A stretch of DNA of 64,000 nucleotides from an uncultured Myxococcales bacterium. Lineage in GTDB: Bacteria; Myxococcota_A; UBA9042. The notes beneath the pieces were generated by a model. That model was given only the letters and a program-made list of their open reading frames with translations, ran no database searches and had not been told where the DNA came from. Position 1 is the first letter of the stretch; every line of letters begins with the position of its first letter. The stretch lies in the NCBI GenBank assembly GCA_937910235.1, contig CALENB010000329.1, positions 871 through 64,870 of the forward strand, written 5' to 3'. Made by a program: the position numbers and the translations under genes. Below, piece after piece: positions 31,201 to 40,471 of the stretch.

Positions 31201-34200
31201 ACGGCAACCTGTGCACCCAGAAGGACGCCTGCGCTGGCGGCAGCTGCGTCGGATTGCCGCTGCAGACGACCGTGGACTGCGACGACAGCAACGTGTGCAC
31301 CTACGAGAGCTGTGACAGCAAGGTCGGCTGCACGCATCAGCCCGTCTCCGGGCCTTGCCAAGACGATAACCTCTGCAAGACGGGGGATACGTGTATTGGC
31401 GGGGCGTGCAAAGGTGGCGACACGACCAAGTGTGATGACGGCAACCACTGCACCAAGAACGTGTGTGACAATGACACGGGCGGCTGCACCCACAGCATCG
31501 CCACCGGCTCGGAGTGCTCGGACGGTAACCCGTGCACGACGCCCGACGCGTGCTCCGATAAAGGCGTCTGTGTCGCCGGAAAGCTCGCGGGCTGCGATGA
31601 CGGCAAACCGTGCACCAAGGACGCCTGCGATCCAACGGCCGAGGTGGTCTGTACGCACGCGCCGTTGTCGGGCGGGTCGTGTGATGACGGCAACCTGTGC
31701 ACCGAGAACGACGTCTGTGTGAAGGGCGACTGCACCGGCAGCAAGAAGGCCTGCACCGAGGGGACGCTGTGCACGATCGACAGCTGCCATCCGACCAAGG
31801 GCTGCAGCTACCAGACCCTCGTTGGCGCCTGCGACGACGGCGACGCGTGCACCACGGCTGACACCTGCAAGGGCAAGGCGTGTGTGGGCGCGACGCTGGT
31901 GTGCGACGACAAGAATCCGTGCACGACCGACAGCTGCAACAAGACCTCGGGCTGCTTGTTCTTGAACAACGCGGCGACCTGCGACGACGGCGACAAATGC
32001 ACGGTCAAAGACGCCTGCTTGAATGGCTCGTGCGCTGGCAAGCCGCTCGCGACGACGGCGTGCAGCGACGGCAACAGCTGCACCGACGACAGCTGTGACA
32101 AGGTGAAGGGCTGCGTCAGCGTGCACAACACGGCGTCTTGCGAAGACGGCTACGCCTGCTCGTCGGGAGACACCTGCAAACTTGGCGTGTGTATCTCCGG
32201 GACCACGAGCCCGTGCACCGATGACAGCCCCTGCACGACCGACTATTGCTCGGCGATCTACGGCTGCACCTACGTCAAGTTGAAGGACGGGACGGCGTGT
32301 GAGGACGCCAACCCGTGCACCGTCAACACCGCGTGCAAGGCCGGCAAGTGCGAGGCGGCAGTGAGCGGCAACGGCGGCGTCCTGAGCTGCGACGACAAGA
32401 ACCCGTGCACGAGCGACCTGTGCTCCGTGACGGCTGGGTGCACCCACTCGCCAGCGTACCAAGGCTCCCCGTGTTCCGACGGCAAGCCGTGCACCGGCGC
32501 CGCGACCTGCCAGAGCGGCACCTGCACCAAGACCAAGGACAAGGACTGCGACGACCACAACGCCTGCACGACCACCAAGTGTGTGCTGGGCAAGGGCTGC
32601 GAGACGACGGCGTTTGCAGAGGGTAGCGTCTGCGCGTCGGGTGATTCTGCGGCGTGCACGACGGCCGGCATCTGCAAGTCGGGCGTCTGCGAGGGCGCGT
32701 TGGCGCGGCCGTGGGTGCAATCGGTCACGGGAACGATCCGGAGCTGTCGTTCGGTGATCGCCCACAGCGTGAGCGGCTACTTGCTCACCGGGCGCCGCGA
32801 CAACGGCACGAACTGGGAGGCGGCGTGGGCGCGGGTGCAGTTCAACGGCGCGCTGGTCTGGACGGAGTCGCTGCCATCGAAGGGCGACGCGCGGCTGCTC
32901 GACGCCTCAAGTGACGGTGACGACACCATGGCGGCGGTCGGCAGCACCAAAGACACCGCCGCGAGCGACGCAGACGGGCTCTTCATCCGGATCGATGGTC
33001 TGGGCAAAATCGCCGCCAAACAGGTCTTTGCGCTGGGGACAAAGGACGATGAGCTCTGGGGCGTCGCGACCGAGAGCTCCGGCGGTCACGTGCTGGTCGG
33101 TCGCACGTGGTCGAAGGGCCTCGGTGGCTCGGAGGGGTGGCTCATCCGGCTCGACAAGGACGACAAGGTGGTGGTCAACGTGACGCACGGCACCTTCACC
33201 AACGACGCCCTCAACGACGTGACGGTGCTCTCCGATGGCACGGCCGTGGCGGTGGGTGAGGTCGGCTTCTACGGCGGCTGGATCGCGACCTTCGACGCCA
33301 AGGGTGCGCTGCTCAAACAGGTCTACGATGGCAGCGAGAAGGCCGACGAACAGCACTATCAGCGCATTCGCCGGCTGAGCGACGACGTGCTCTACGTCAC
33401 CGGCAGTCAGTCGCTGCGCACCTTCAACAGCAAGCTGGAGCTGCAGACGGCGCCCAAGATCAACGGCAGCGTCGACGACTTCATCGCGCGGCCCAAGGGT
33501 GGTTTTGCGCGCACGTACAACGGCGCCACGGCGCTGCTCGGCACGAAGTACGAGGTGAACTGGACCACGACCGGCAACCCCGGCGGTGGTCGCCGCACGT
33601 TGCTCGCGCCCGATGAGGACAGCCTGCTCATCCTCGGCGAAGACAGCTGTGGCTTGGTGCGCACGGACGCGTTTGGCAGCACGACGTGCGCTGAGTCGGG
33701 CGCGTGTCGCGAGAAGACCTACACCGATTGCGTCGACAACTCGCTCTGCACGCAGGGGGACACGTGCAAGGCCGGCAAGTGCGCCGTGACCAACACCGTC
33801 GTGTGCGACGACAAAAACGCCTGCACCCAGGACGCCTGCGTCGCGACGACCGGCAAGTGCGGCTTCACGAAGTTGACGGGGACCGCTTGCAGCAGCGTCG
33901 ACAGCGCGTGTTCGGTGGCGGGCAAGTGCGACGCTGGTACGTGTTTTGGTGACAGCGTCTTGGCTTGGACCCGCACGTTCCTGCCCTTCTACGGCTGCTG
34001 CGGCGACAACAACAACGGCAGCAACGAATATCAGGGCACGCGGCTGACGGCGGTGGCGCCGCGGGATGACGGTCAGATCTTCACCGCGGGACCGGCCTAC
34101 AACCGCCAAAACGTCAACGCCATCTATGGCAAGCTGCTGCATGGCACGGGCGGCACCGCTGGCAAATACGACTCGATCAGCGGCGCGCGGTATTCGTTCT

Positions 34201-37200
34201 ATGACCGCAAAGACAGCACGAACGACGCCTATGCGGATGAGTACAACATCTACGGCGCGGTGTCGTTCAAGACGCTGACCAGCTGCGCGCTCGCCCGCTA
34301 TCGCTATTGGACCTTCGCCAGCAACAAGTGGAGCTCGGTCTACTTCACCAAGCTGATGCCGAACGCGTCGAACGGCAAACACCTGACCTTGGGCGACAAG
34401 GACACGGTCCCCGTCGCTATGGCGCCATTTGGCGACAACGAACAGGCGTTTTCGCTCGCCAAGCACAAGGTCGCTGGCGCGTGGACCCACACCGTTTTTG
34501 TCACCCGACACGCGCTGTCGACGTGGAACATTGGCCAGTACGGGACGCCGTCACTGGTCGCGACGTGGAGCCACAAGTTCGGCGACAACGACGAGCCGGC
34601 CGGCATCGACGCGGACGCTGCTGGCGGCGCGGTGGTGGGTGGCCGCACGTATGACAACGCGACCAAGACGTGGCGCCACGTGGTCGCGCGCGTCGGTTCA
34701 GACGGCAAGCTGAAGTGGTCGCAGCCGTTGGCGATCGTTGATGACTCGGTGCTCAAGGGCATCGGCTGGACGCAGGGCGGCGCGGTGGTGACGGGGCAAA
34801 AACGCCAGATCGTGAGCGGCACGGCGACGTATTTTGTCTGGTTGCGGCGGTACGACGCCGACGGCGTATTGAAGTGGGATCGCTTGGTGGCGCCTGCACC
34901 CAAGACCGCCTACGGCTTCAAGGTGATGGGGCGAAGCGTCGGGTTCGCGGTCGGCGCCTGGATCGACGACACCGGCAGCAAGAACGCGCTGCTGCGGGTG
35001 AGCGAGTTGGGTCACGTGATTGGGGATAGACGGTTCGGCAACACGATCTACGACTGGGCGCCGTTGGCGGATGGCTATGTGGGTGTGGGCTACAAGCAGA
35101 CAGGCTCAAGCTATCAAAACAAGTGGAAGCAGTACGGCGTTGTGGTCCGCACGGATCTGTTTGGCAACGCCTCCTGTGACGACGTTGGATCCTGTAAAAC
35201 CAAGGCTTTCGCGGACTGCGACGACGGCAACGCCTGCACCACGGACACGTGCGATGGCGCCAAGGGCTGTGTCCACGCGAGCCTCGCCGATAAGCTCGCG
35301 TGTGCCGACGATGGCAAGATCTGCACGTTGGACTATTGCTCGGCCGGCGAGTGCAGTCATCCGGCGGACAAGGACGGGCTCCCCTGTGAGTCCGACGGTC
35401 AGGACTGCACGGGCGATCTCTGCAAGTCGGGCGTGTGCGGTCACGCCGCCGCGGCCGATGGCGTGAGCTGCGAGGACGGCCAGCCGTGCACCGAGAAGGA
35501 CACGTGTAAGTCGGGAAAATGCAGTAAGGGCAGCTCGCTAGCGCAGTACACCGCTTGTTCGGATGGCAGCAAGTGCACCAAGAACGGCAAGTGCGACGCG
35601 AATGGCTTGTGTCGACTGTCGCCGGTCTGCAACGACGGCGACGCCTGCACCGCCGACACCTGCGCGACCGACGGCGCGTGCAGCTTCGCGGCCATGAAGA
35701 CCGACGCGGCCTGCGACGATGGGGACTATTGCACCGAGAATACAGCCTGTGATGCGTCTGGCGCCTGCGTCGGCGGCACGTTCGTTTGCATCGAGACCGT
35801 GGTCGGGGCGCTGCCGATGGACTGCACCACCGATACGACGGGTTGGACGCTCAACGGCGACGGCGGCTCGACCTGGGCGATCGACGGCACGCCGAGCGAT
35901 GTGAAGCCGCACACCGGCGCCTGCACGCTCAACTTCAACGACGGCACCAAGTATTCAGGCAACGCCTTCGCCGAGACGCCTCACAAGCACGGTCCCAAGT
36001 ACTTATTCGGCCAGCTTAAGCTGCGCTGGTGGAGCTATTTCCACGCCGACCTGGCCGCCGAGGCGGATCATGAGACCCGCACGGTCGAAGTGTTCCGGGG
36101 CTTCTCGCGGCGGCGCACGGTGACGCTTAAGTCGAGCTACGATCTGGGCAAGTGGGTGCAGCTCGAGACTGACCTCTCGGCTTGGCGCAACAGCGGGCCT
36201 AACGGCAACTTCATTCGCTGGACGTTTGCCAAGGACGGCGACATTAACGTCGGCAAAGGCTGGTTCGTGGACGACGTGGCGTATGTGCATCAGGTGCACC
36301 CCAAGGGCGAGCCGTGTGTGTTCGACAATCAATGCAATGACAGCGACCAGTGCACCAAGGACGCTTGTGTGGCCGGCTACTGCCAGAACGTCATCGACGT
36401 GGGGGGGGCGTGCAGTGACGGCACCGCCTGCACCTTGGACGACGTCTGCACCGCGGAGGGGGCGTGTGTCGCCGCGAAGACCCTGGTCTGTGAGGACGAT
36501 GACGTGTGCACGGACAACGCGTGCCACAAGAACACGGGGTGCTATTTCCCCGGCGCGAACGCAGGCGCCTCGTGCGATGACGGCGACGCTTGCACTGCGA
36601 GCTCAGTGTGTGACGGCGGCCAGTGTTACGCCAAGACCGGCTGCGACGACCACAACCCTTGCACCACCGACGCGTGCGGCAGCGGCCCAGCGTGCAGCCA
36701 CAGCACCGTGGCGGACGGTGGGCTGTGCGGCGGCTCAGGGGTCTGCGTATCCGGCAGCTGCGTCGCACCGGCTTCGGGCTGGGCCTCGGCGATCGCCGGC
36801 AAACGCCTGATGTGCGCCCTGCTCGCTGGCGGCAAGCGCGCCTGCTGGGGGTACGGCAACTATGGGTTGCCGACTGGCGCCAAAGCGCCGAACACGTACA
36901 GCCCGACGACGCTGCCGGGACTCTCAAACGTTCAGGCGATCGCGCTGGCGAATTACGCCGGATTCGCGCTGCACACCGACGGCACGGTCAGCTCTTGGGG
37001 CGCCTCGAGTGAGGGGGTGCGCGGCGACGGCACGTCGAGCTATTCGCCGAGCCTGCTCGGAAAGATCGCAGGTCTGACCGGCGTGCGCTCCGTTCACGCC
37101 AGCTCCTACACCGCCTGCGCCGTGAAGAAGGACGGCACGGCGTGGTGTTGGGGGCACAACTTCTACGGCCAGATCGGTGACGACAGCAAGACGTCGCGCG

Positions 37201-37529
37201 CCGTGCCGACGAAGGTGGAGGGGCTGACCAACGTGGCGACGATGGGGCTTGGTGAGCGGGCCACGTGCGCGGCGCTGGTCGACGGCACGGTCACGTGCTG
37301 GGGCAACAACGCGTACGGTCAGCTCGGCGATAACTCGATGACAGAGCGGCTCAAACCGCAGACCAAGGTGTCCGGGCTGACGGACGTGGTGCAGCTCGCC
37401 AACAACTTCATCGCGCCGTGTGCGTTGAAGAAGGATGGCTCGGTGTATTGCTGGGGCTTTGGCGCGGATACAGGCGATGGGACCTCGGCCAACGCGCTGG
37501 TGCCGGTGTTGGTGAAGGGGAGCAAGTGA
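28242..37529 (+). CDS. 3095-aa Cys-rich repeat lipoprotein with propellers, jelly-roll (GWFVDDV) domain and C-terminal RCC1 repeats; intact paralogue of the preceding gene
   Basis: GGAGG RBS; MARFALCGIVALGLVLSAC lipobox; dozens of CDDGxxCT repeats; CWGHNFYGQIGD and CWGNNAYGQLGD; ends VPVLVKGSK versus EPVLVTGSK in the paralogue. Confidence 0.92.
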   Translation: MARFALCGIVALGLVLSACSEDPTDKGASAAAVHKDALVADGSVLGDGAALVDGAVTDALGHDSATTDSATTDSALVDVGENDSGPADVVVDVQLTDASDSAEDALADADDAAPGDAPDSASADAAVDVAADVAQLACKTHTDCPESTGLCVTMACVSQLCTVVPVDEGLSCKPGTACVTAAACLSGKCVTQAVKDCGDGNSCTADSCTTATGTCATVATKDDFACDDGTLCTKTATCFQGVCIGKGQLDCDDSDPCTLDACDPKTGICLHPPLKTGAPCDDGNSCSKGETCDAKGQCGGGNNTCKCSTSADCKALEDGDLCNGILYCDPKSGTCLVNPASVVVCDDVATGPCQANLCAPATGKCAVANKPGGAACDDGNPCTTPDECHKGLCEGLSNTCQCVSDFDCKSSQTSDLCAGQLVCAKSQSPAVCVVNYSSKVTCKDDGDTACSKNTCDPQNGACKLVAQPNGSKCSDGEVCTVADACLAGKCKPGSDTCACTQDSDCAKLEDGNQCNGALFCNLGSGKCDVDLASVVTCPTDKDTVCAAAACQSATGKCELLPRNDGAKCDDDNSCTTDDACVAGKCLAKTNTCACTADADCAKLEDGDACNGLLYCNLASKECQLNPTTLVTCPTVDDGFCQVSTCITKTGKCQLIPRNDGKTCDADGSACTTPDVCNGGACQAGPNTCQCQSDKDCGKFEADDLCSALYCDLLLNQCKPDPTTAVYCAKVNDTACATNTCDIKTGKCAVVPRNQGLACDADGTNCTKGDACDAGKCGAGLNVCQCQVDKDCAALEDGDPCNGTLVCSQAKTCVVDPSTVVTCQNAGDDNPSGEAVCKRNQCDAKTGKCAVSPANPNTICGKGTLCFEAPACDASGGCKQGKAIPCDDGSTCTTQDLCVKGVCTGQTKVCDGGTPCTNASCHPLKGCEYEARKGSCSDGDKCSVSGECVGLQCVGVPLVCGDNNPCTTDGCVKGKGCVFTNNTATCNDGNLCTQKDACAGGSCVGLPLQTTVDCDDSNVCTYESCDSKVGCTHQPVSGPCQDDNLCKTGDTCIGGACKGGDTTKCDDGNHCTKNVCDNDTGGCTHSIATGSECSDGNPCTTPDACSDKGVCVAGKLAGCDDGKPCTKDACDPTAEVVCTHAPLSGGSCDDGNLCTENDVCVKGDCTGSKKACTEGTLCTIDSCHPTKGCSYQTLVGACDDGDACTTADTCKGKACVGATLVCDDKNPCTTDSCNKTSGCLFLNNAATCDDGDKCTVKDACLNGSCAGKPLATTACSDGNSCTDDSCDKVKGCVSVHNTASCEDGYACSSGDTCKLGVCISGTTSPCTDDSPCTTDYCSAIYGCTYVKLKDGTACEDANPCTVNTACKAGKCEAAVSGNGGVLSCDDKNPCTSDLCSVTAGCTHSPAYQGSPCSDGKPCTGAATCQSGTCTKTKDKDCDDHNACTTTKCVLGKGCETTAFAEGSVCASGDSAACTTAGICKSGVCEGALARPWVQSVTGTIRSCRSVIAHSVSGYLLTGRRDNGTNWEAAWARVQFNGALVWTESLPSKGDARLLDASSDGDDTMAAVGSTKDTAASDADGLFIRIDGLGKIAAKQVFALGTKDDELWGVATESSGGHVLVGRTWSKGLGGSEGWLIRLDKDDKVVVNVTHGTFTNDALNDVTVLSDGTAVAVGEVGFYGGWIATFDAKGALLKQVYDGSEKADEQHYQRIRRLSDDVLYVTGSQSLRTFNSKLELQTAPKINGSVDDFIARPKGGFARTYNGATALLGTKYEVNWTTTGNPGGGRRTLLAPDEDSLLILGEDSCGLVRTDAFGSTTCAESGACREKTYTDCVDNSLCTQGDTCKAGKCAVTNTVVCDDKNACTQDACVATTGKCGFTKLTGTACSSVDSACSVAGKCDAGTCFGDSVLAWTRTFLPFYGCCGDNNNGSNEYQGTRLTAVAPRDDGQIFTAGPAYNRQNVNAIYGKLLHGTGGTAGKYDSISGARYSFYDRKDSTNDAYADEYNIYGAVSFKTLTSCALARYRYWTFASNKWSSVYFTKLMPNASNGKHLTLGDKDTVPVAMAPFGDNEQAFSLAKHKVAGAWTHTVFVTRHALSTWNIGQYGTPSLVATWSHKFGDNDEPAGIDADAAGGAVVGGRTYDNATKTWRHVVARVGSDGKLKWSQPLAIVDDSVLKGIGWTQGGAVVTGQKRQIVSGTATYFVWLRRYDADGVLKWDRLVAPAPKTAYGFKVMGRSVGFAVGAWIDDTGSKNALLRVSELGHVIGDRRFGNTIYDWAPLADGYVGVGYKQTGSSYQNKWKQYGVVVRTDLFGNASCDDVGSCKTKAFADCDDGNACTTDTCDGAKGCVHASLADKLACADDGKICTLDYCSAGECSHPADKDGLPCESDGQDCTGDLCKSGVCGHAAAADGVSCEDGQPCTEKDTCKSGKCSKGSSLAQYTACSDGSKCTKNGKCDANGLCRLSPVCNDGDACTADTCATDGACSFAAMKTDAACDDGDYCTENTACDASGACVGGTFVCIETVVGALPMDCTTDTTGWTLNGDGGSTWAIDGTPSDVKPHTGACTLNFNDGTKYSGNAFAETPHKHGPKYLFGQLKLRWWSYFHADLAAEADHETRTVEVFRGFSRRRTVTLKSSYDLGKWVQLETDLSAWRNSGPNGNFIRWTFAKDGDINVGKGWFVDDVAYVHQVHPKGEPCVFDNQCNDSDQCTKDACVAGYCQNVIDVGGACSDGTACTLDDVCTAEGACVAAKTLVCEDDDVCTDNACHKNTGCYFPGANAGASCDDGDACTASSVCDGGQCYAKTGCDDHNPCTTDACGSGPACSHSTVADGGLCGGSGVCVSGSCVAPASGWASAIAGKRLMCALLAGGKRACWGYGNYGLPTGAKAPNTYSPTTLPGLSNVQAIALANYAGFALHTDGTVSSWGASSEGVRGDGTSSYSPSLLGKIAGLTGVRSVHASSYTACAVKKDGTAWCWGHNFYGQIGDDSKTSRAVPTKVEGLTNVATMGLGERATCAALVDGTVTCWGNNAYGQLGDNSMTERLKPQTKVSGLTDVVQLANNFIAPCALKKDGSVYCWGFGADTGDGTSANALVPVLVKGSK

Positions 37530-37673
37530 GGGTCAGGTATTATCACTTTACACTTTCGTGGCGTACCTCCGATGGCTGCGAGTCGAGTCCTCGGGCTTGT
37601 ATGTCCATGAGGAAATGCGGATTTTTGGCGATTGGAGGGGTAGTGCTGTCTTGAATGTGTGAGACTGTAGGCT

Positions 37674-38312
37674 TCATAAATGCAACGGTAGGCCTAGCGA
37701 CACAAACGCTGCTCGGGCATCACGCTCAAGGCGTTGGAACGAGGGGAGTTGGCGGAGGACTGACCAATCATCGACCAAGTCAGCGAGGCGATGTGCGCGC
37801 TTAGAGGGGTTGAAGCGCTGGGCGCGACGTCCCTTGGCTCCACTCGCGACGACGAGGGCTTGGCGGAGGACCGACTTTGGGTCGGCGATCGTCTCCCAAG
37901 CATTCACTGGGGGTAGGCCGAGCGGGATCGTGCCGGAGGGTCGCCCGGCTGCTTCACGCAAGGCAGCCTCGCTCAGCAATAGCCACGCCTCCTGCATGCG
38001 CACTGGAACGACGCAGACGTGGGGCAAGCCGGTTAGGTTCGCTTCGCCGACCGCGGCACCCACCTCGCGATATCTGTGGTCAGCCGCTTGATTCTCGGCG
38101 TCCCGGTGCACCAGAAGAATCTGGCACGGGTACATCTCGACCGCACATGCCAACCGCTGCGCTAGTTTTCTTGGCGACTGCGGTAGACCACGCAAATCCC
38201 CCCAGTGAAGCTCCACGGGTGTGGGCGACAGCTGCCCGAATAGCCAGCGGATGATGGGGAGTAGAACCGTGTCGGATGATCCGTCCGTGACGAGCGTCGC
38301 CTGGATCGTCAT
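37674..38312 (-). CDS. TOPRIM-like / DUF4276-like protein partnered with an ABC ATPase
   Basis: LVTDGSSD first-strand acidic motif, VHRDAE (DxD/E), PVRMQEAWLL, LPSFQRL; ATGA-coupled to the ATPase. Confidence 0.75.
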   Translation of the reverse strand: MTIQATLVTDGSSDTVLLPIIRWLFGQLSPTPVELHWGDLRGLPQSPRKLAQRLACAVEMYPCQILLVHRDAENQAADHRYREVGAAVGEANLTGLPHVCVVPVRMQEAWLLLSEAALREAAGRPSGTIPLGLPPVNAWETIADPKSVLRQALVVASGAKGRRAQRFNPSKRAHRLADLVDDWSVLRQLPSFQRLERDARAAFVSLGLPLHL

Positions 38313-39805
38313 GCTTTCGTTTCCGTCGCCAAGAACGGCATGACGAGCTGCAGATCCTTGCGCTGGAGTACCCGCGTTGGAGCGCCGACTCGTCCGCTTG
38401 CCACATCCATCTCGATTACGGCGAATGGGTTCAAATAGCTCAGCAGATCGCCGCGACTCACGACCGCCTCGTCCTCACCCAGCTTGCGCCAAGTTCTGGG
38501 CAGACACCGAATCGCAAGTCGAGACTCCTCTTGTGTGTCACAGATGATCGGAACCGCGCGGGCCACAAGAAGCGCAGAATCATCCACGCAGGCCACCACT
38601 GACGGAGAGTGGGTGTTGATGATCACTTGTCTCAGCGGGTTGTCCGCATCGACCGGCAACTCGACGTCGACCGCGAGATCGCCGAGTAGTCGAATGACCG
38701 CCGGGATCCGCAGTGGGTGCATCCCATTCTCCGGCTCCTCCAGACAAAGAAGGCCTCGATTCCGCGGATCAGCCTCCATCACCGTGAGCGCCAGAAAACG
38801 CAGCGTGCCGTCGGAGAGCACGCTGGCGACGTGCTCTGTATTATGCCGGTCCGTCATCACAATGCTGAGCAGTTGGCGCTTCTCATCGACATCCACCGTG
38901 ACGCGCCGCACGTTTTCAACGAGCTCTGAGAGTCTGTTGGCTACCTGCGCGTAGACGTCGATTGCGCCACCCTTCTCGACGCGTTCCGCGGCTTGCGCGA
39001 GGGCGTACAGCGTCGCCGGGAGGTGTGCGCCGTCAGAGCCGATCGTACGCGGCGCGTTGAAGCTATCGGGCGCTCGTAAGGCTGACGGCTCAAGCTGTAG
39101 ACGAGTCCAACCCGTCATCTCTTGTTTGGCGAGCACGAGCGTTCGATGCTCTGCGGCGTTGTTGACCGATGAGAGCATCGTGCGCGGCAGGCTTGACGCA
39201 TGCACTCGGCGGGGCCTTCCTCCGCCTCGGCCACCGATGCTGTCGGCATGCAGGGAAACGACTGAAAAGTCGCCCTCTTTCTCTGTCGAGATGTAGGCGC
39301 TTGAACGCCGACCCTTCACCACAGAATCTCGCCAAATTTTCTCGTGTGGAAATGGCAAGTTCTGCTTCGCGAGTGACCGATTGATATGCACCATGCTCTC
39401 ATGAACGACTTCGAGCGTGCCGATTGAACGGACGCTGGCGTCGGCTCGATACCGAAGTCCCAGCTCGTACCGAAGAAACGTCATGGAGGCCTTGGCTGGT
39501 TGCCCAAGCGCGTCTTCGCCCTCCTCAGGGATGAGAAACTCGACGAGAAAGTTCATGCTCTTTGTGGTTTGATTTCCAACGCGGCGAAACAAGCTAGCGA
39601 CGTCGCCGTGCCGTGCGTCTCCGCCGCGCACCTCCTTTACCGCTTCCATGAGCGGTGTGTTCGCCAGCGCTGACAGAAACGCGATGGCATCGAACAGGTT
39701 CGACTTCCCGACGCCGTTGGCACCGGCCACACAGGTAAAAGGCCCGAACCGGACGTCCACGCCGTCGAGATTCTTGAAGCCATCCACCTTGAGGCGGGTC
39801 AACAT
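38309..39805 (-). CDS. ABC-type (AAA_21/AAA_15-like) ATPase, putative defence module
   Basis: MLTRLKVDGFKNL, Walker A GANGVGKSN, LSDGTLRFL, Walker B LEEPENGMHP, H-loop NTHSP; ATG 39805 after AAGGAG. Confidence 0.9.
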   Translation of the reverse strand: MLTRLKVDGFKNLDGVDVRFGPFTCVAGANGVGKSNLFDAIAFLSALANTPLMEAVKEVRGGDARHGDVASLFRRVGNQTTKSMNFLVEFLIPEEGEDALGQPAKASMTFLRYELGLRYRADASVRSIGTLEVVHESMVHINRSLAKQNLPFPHEKIWRDSVVKGRRSSAYISTEKEGDFSVVSLHADSIGGRGGGRPRRVHASSLPRTMLSSVNNAAEHRTLVLAKQEMTGWTRLQLEPSALRAPDSFNAPRTIGSDGAHLPATLYALAQAAERVEKGGAIDVYAQVANRLSELVENVRRVTVDVDEKRQLLSIVMTDRHNTEHVASVLSDGTLRFLALTVMEADPRNRGLLCLEEPENGMHPLRIPAVIRLLGDLAVDVELPVDADNPLRQVIINTHSPSVVACVDDSALLVARAVPIICDTQEESRLAIRCLPRTWRKLGEDEAVVSRGDLLSYLNPFAVIEMDVASGRVGAPTRVLQRKDLQLVMPFLATETKA

Positions 39806-39988
39806 TGCGTTGTCTCCTTGCGGTTCAGGGGTCTTGTCTCGCTGCGCCATCTGCGGATCACGCGGGAACATCGGTCTCGGCGCGGGATCTGGTCTCGGCT
39901 CCTCAAGAACTCCGTGAATCTACGCGCGTTGGAGAATACCACGCAAGATCTGGTGCCGAGAATGCGGTCCGGCCGCGACCGCCAGACC

Positions 39989-40471
39989 CTACGCCCGCAA
40001 CCGCAACGAAATAGCCCCCGCGACCCCAATCACCGCGCTGCCGACCGCGCTCACGCCGAGCAGCCGCCCGCCCTCGACATCGCGCGTCAGCGTCGTCACC
40101 GCCCACCACAGCGCCGGCGTCACCACGACGCTCTGCAGCCACACCTGCCACGCGCACGCTAGCCGGGCCTCGCGGTCGAGGCCACGCCACCGCGTGCGGA
40201 TGATGCGCATGGTCCACATCGGCGCCCAGACCATGGTGATGCTGAGAAAGGTGATGAGGCTCAGATCGAGCACGTGGTCGAAGCGCTCGCCGCTGTGCCC
40301 AGCCCAGGCGCCAGCGATGCGCTCGCCGACGAGCAACACGACTGCGCCGGCGATGACGAGCCACCAAGGCCGCATCAGCTGCGTCGCGCGCAGGGGGCGC
40401 ACCGGGGGAAGGGTCGGCGCTTGTGGTGCGTCGGGCTGCGGCGGCAGGTCCGTCAGGGGCTCAGTGGCCAC
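39989..40471 (-). CDS. Small membrane protein (~4 TM)
   Basis: Four hydrophobic segments; GTG 40471 overlaps the end of the upstream gene (alternative ATG 40375). Confidence 0.6.
   Translation of the reverse strand: MATEPLTDLPPQPDAPQAPTLPPVRPLRATQLMRPWWLVIAGAVVLLVGERIAGAWAGHSGERFDHVLDLSLITFLSITMVWAPMWTMRIIRTRWRGLDREARLACAWQVWLQSVVVTPALWWAVTTLTRDVEGGRLLGVSAVGSAVIGVAGAISLRLRA

Noticed and set aside
37530-39950. IS or integrative element around the ATPase cassette
   Set aside because: No transposase, integrase, tRNA site or clear flanking repeats were found.
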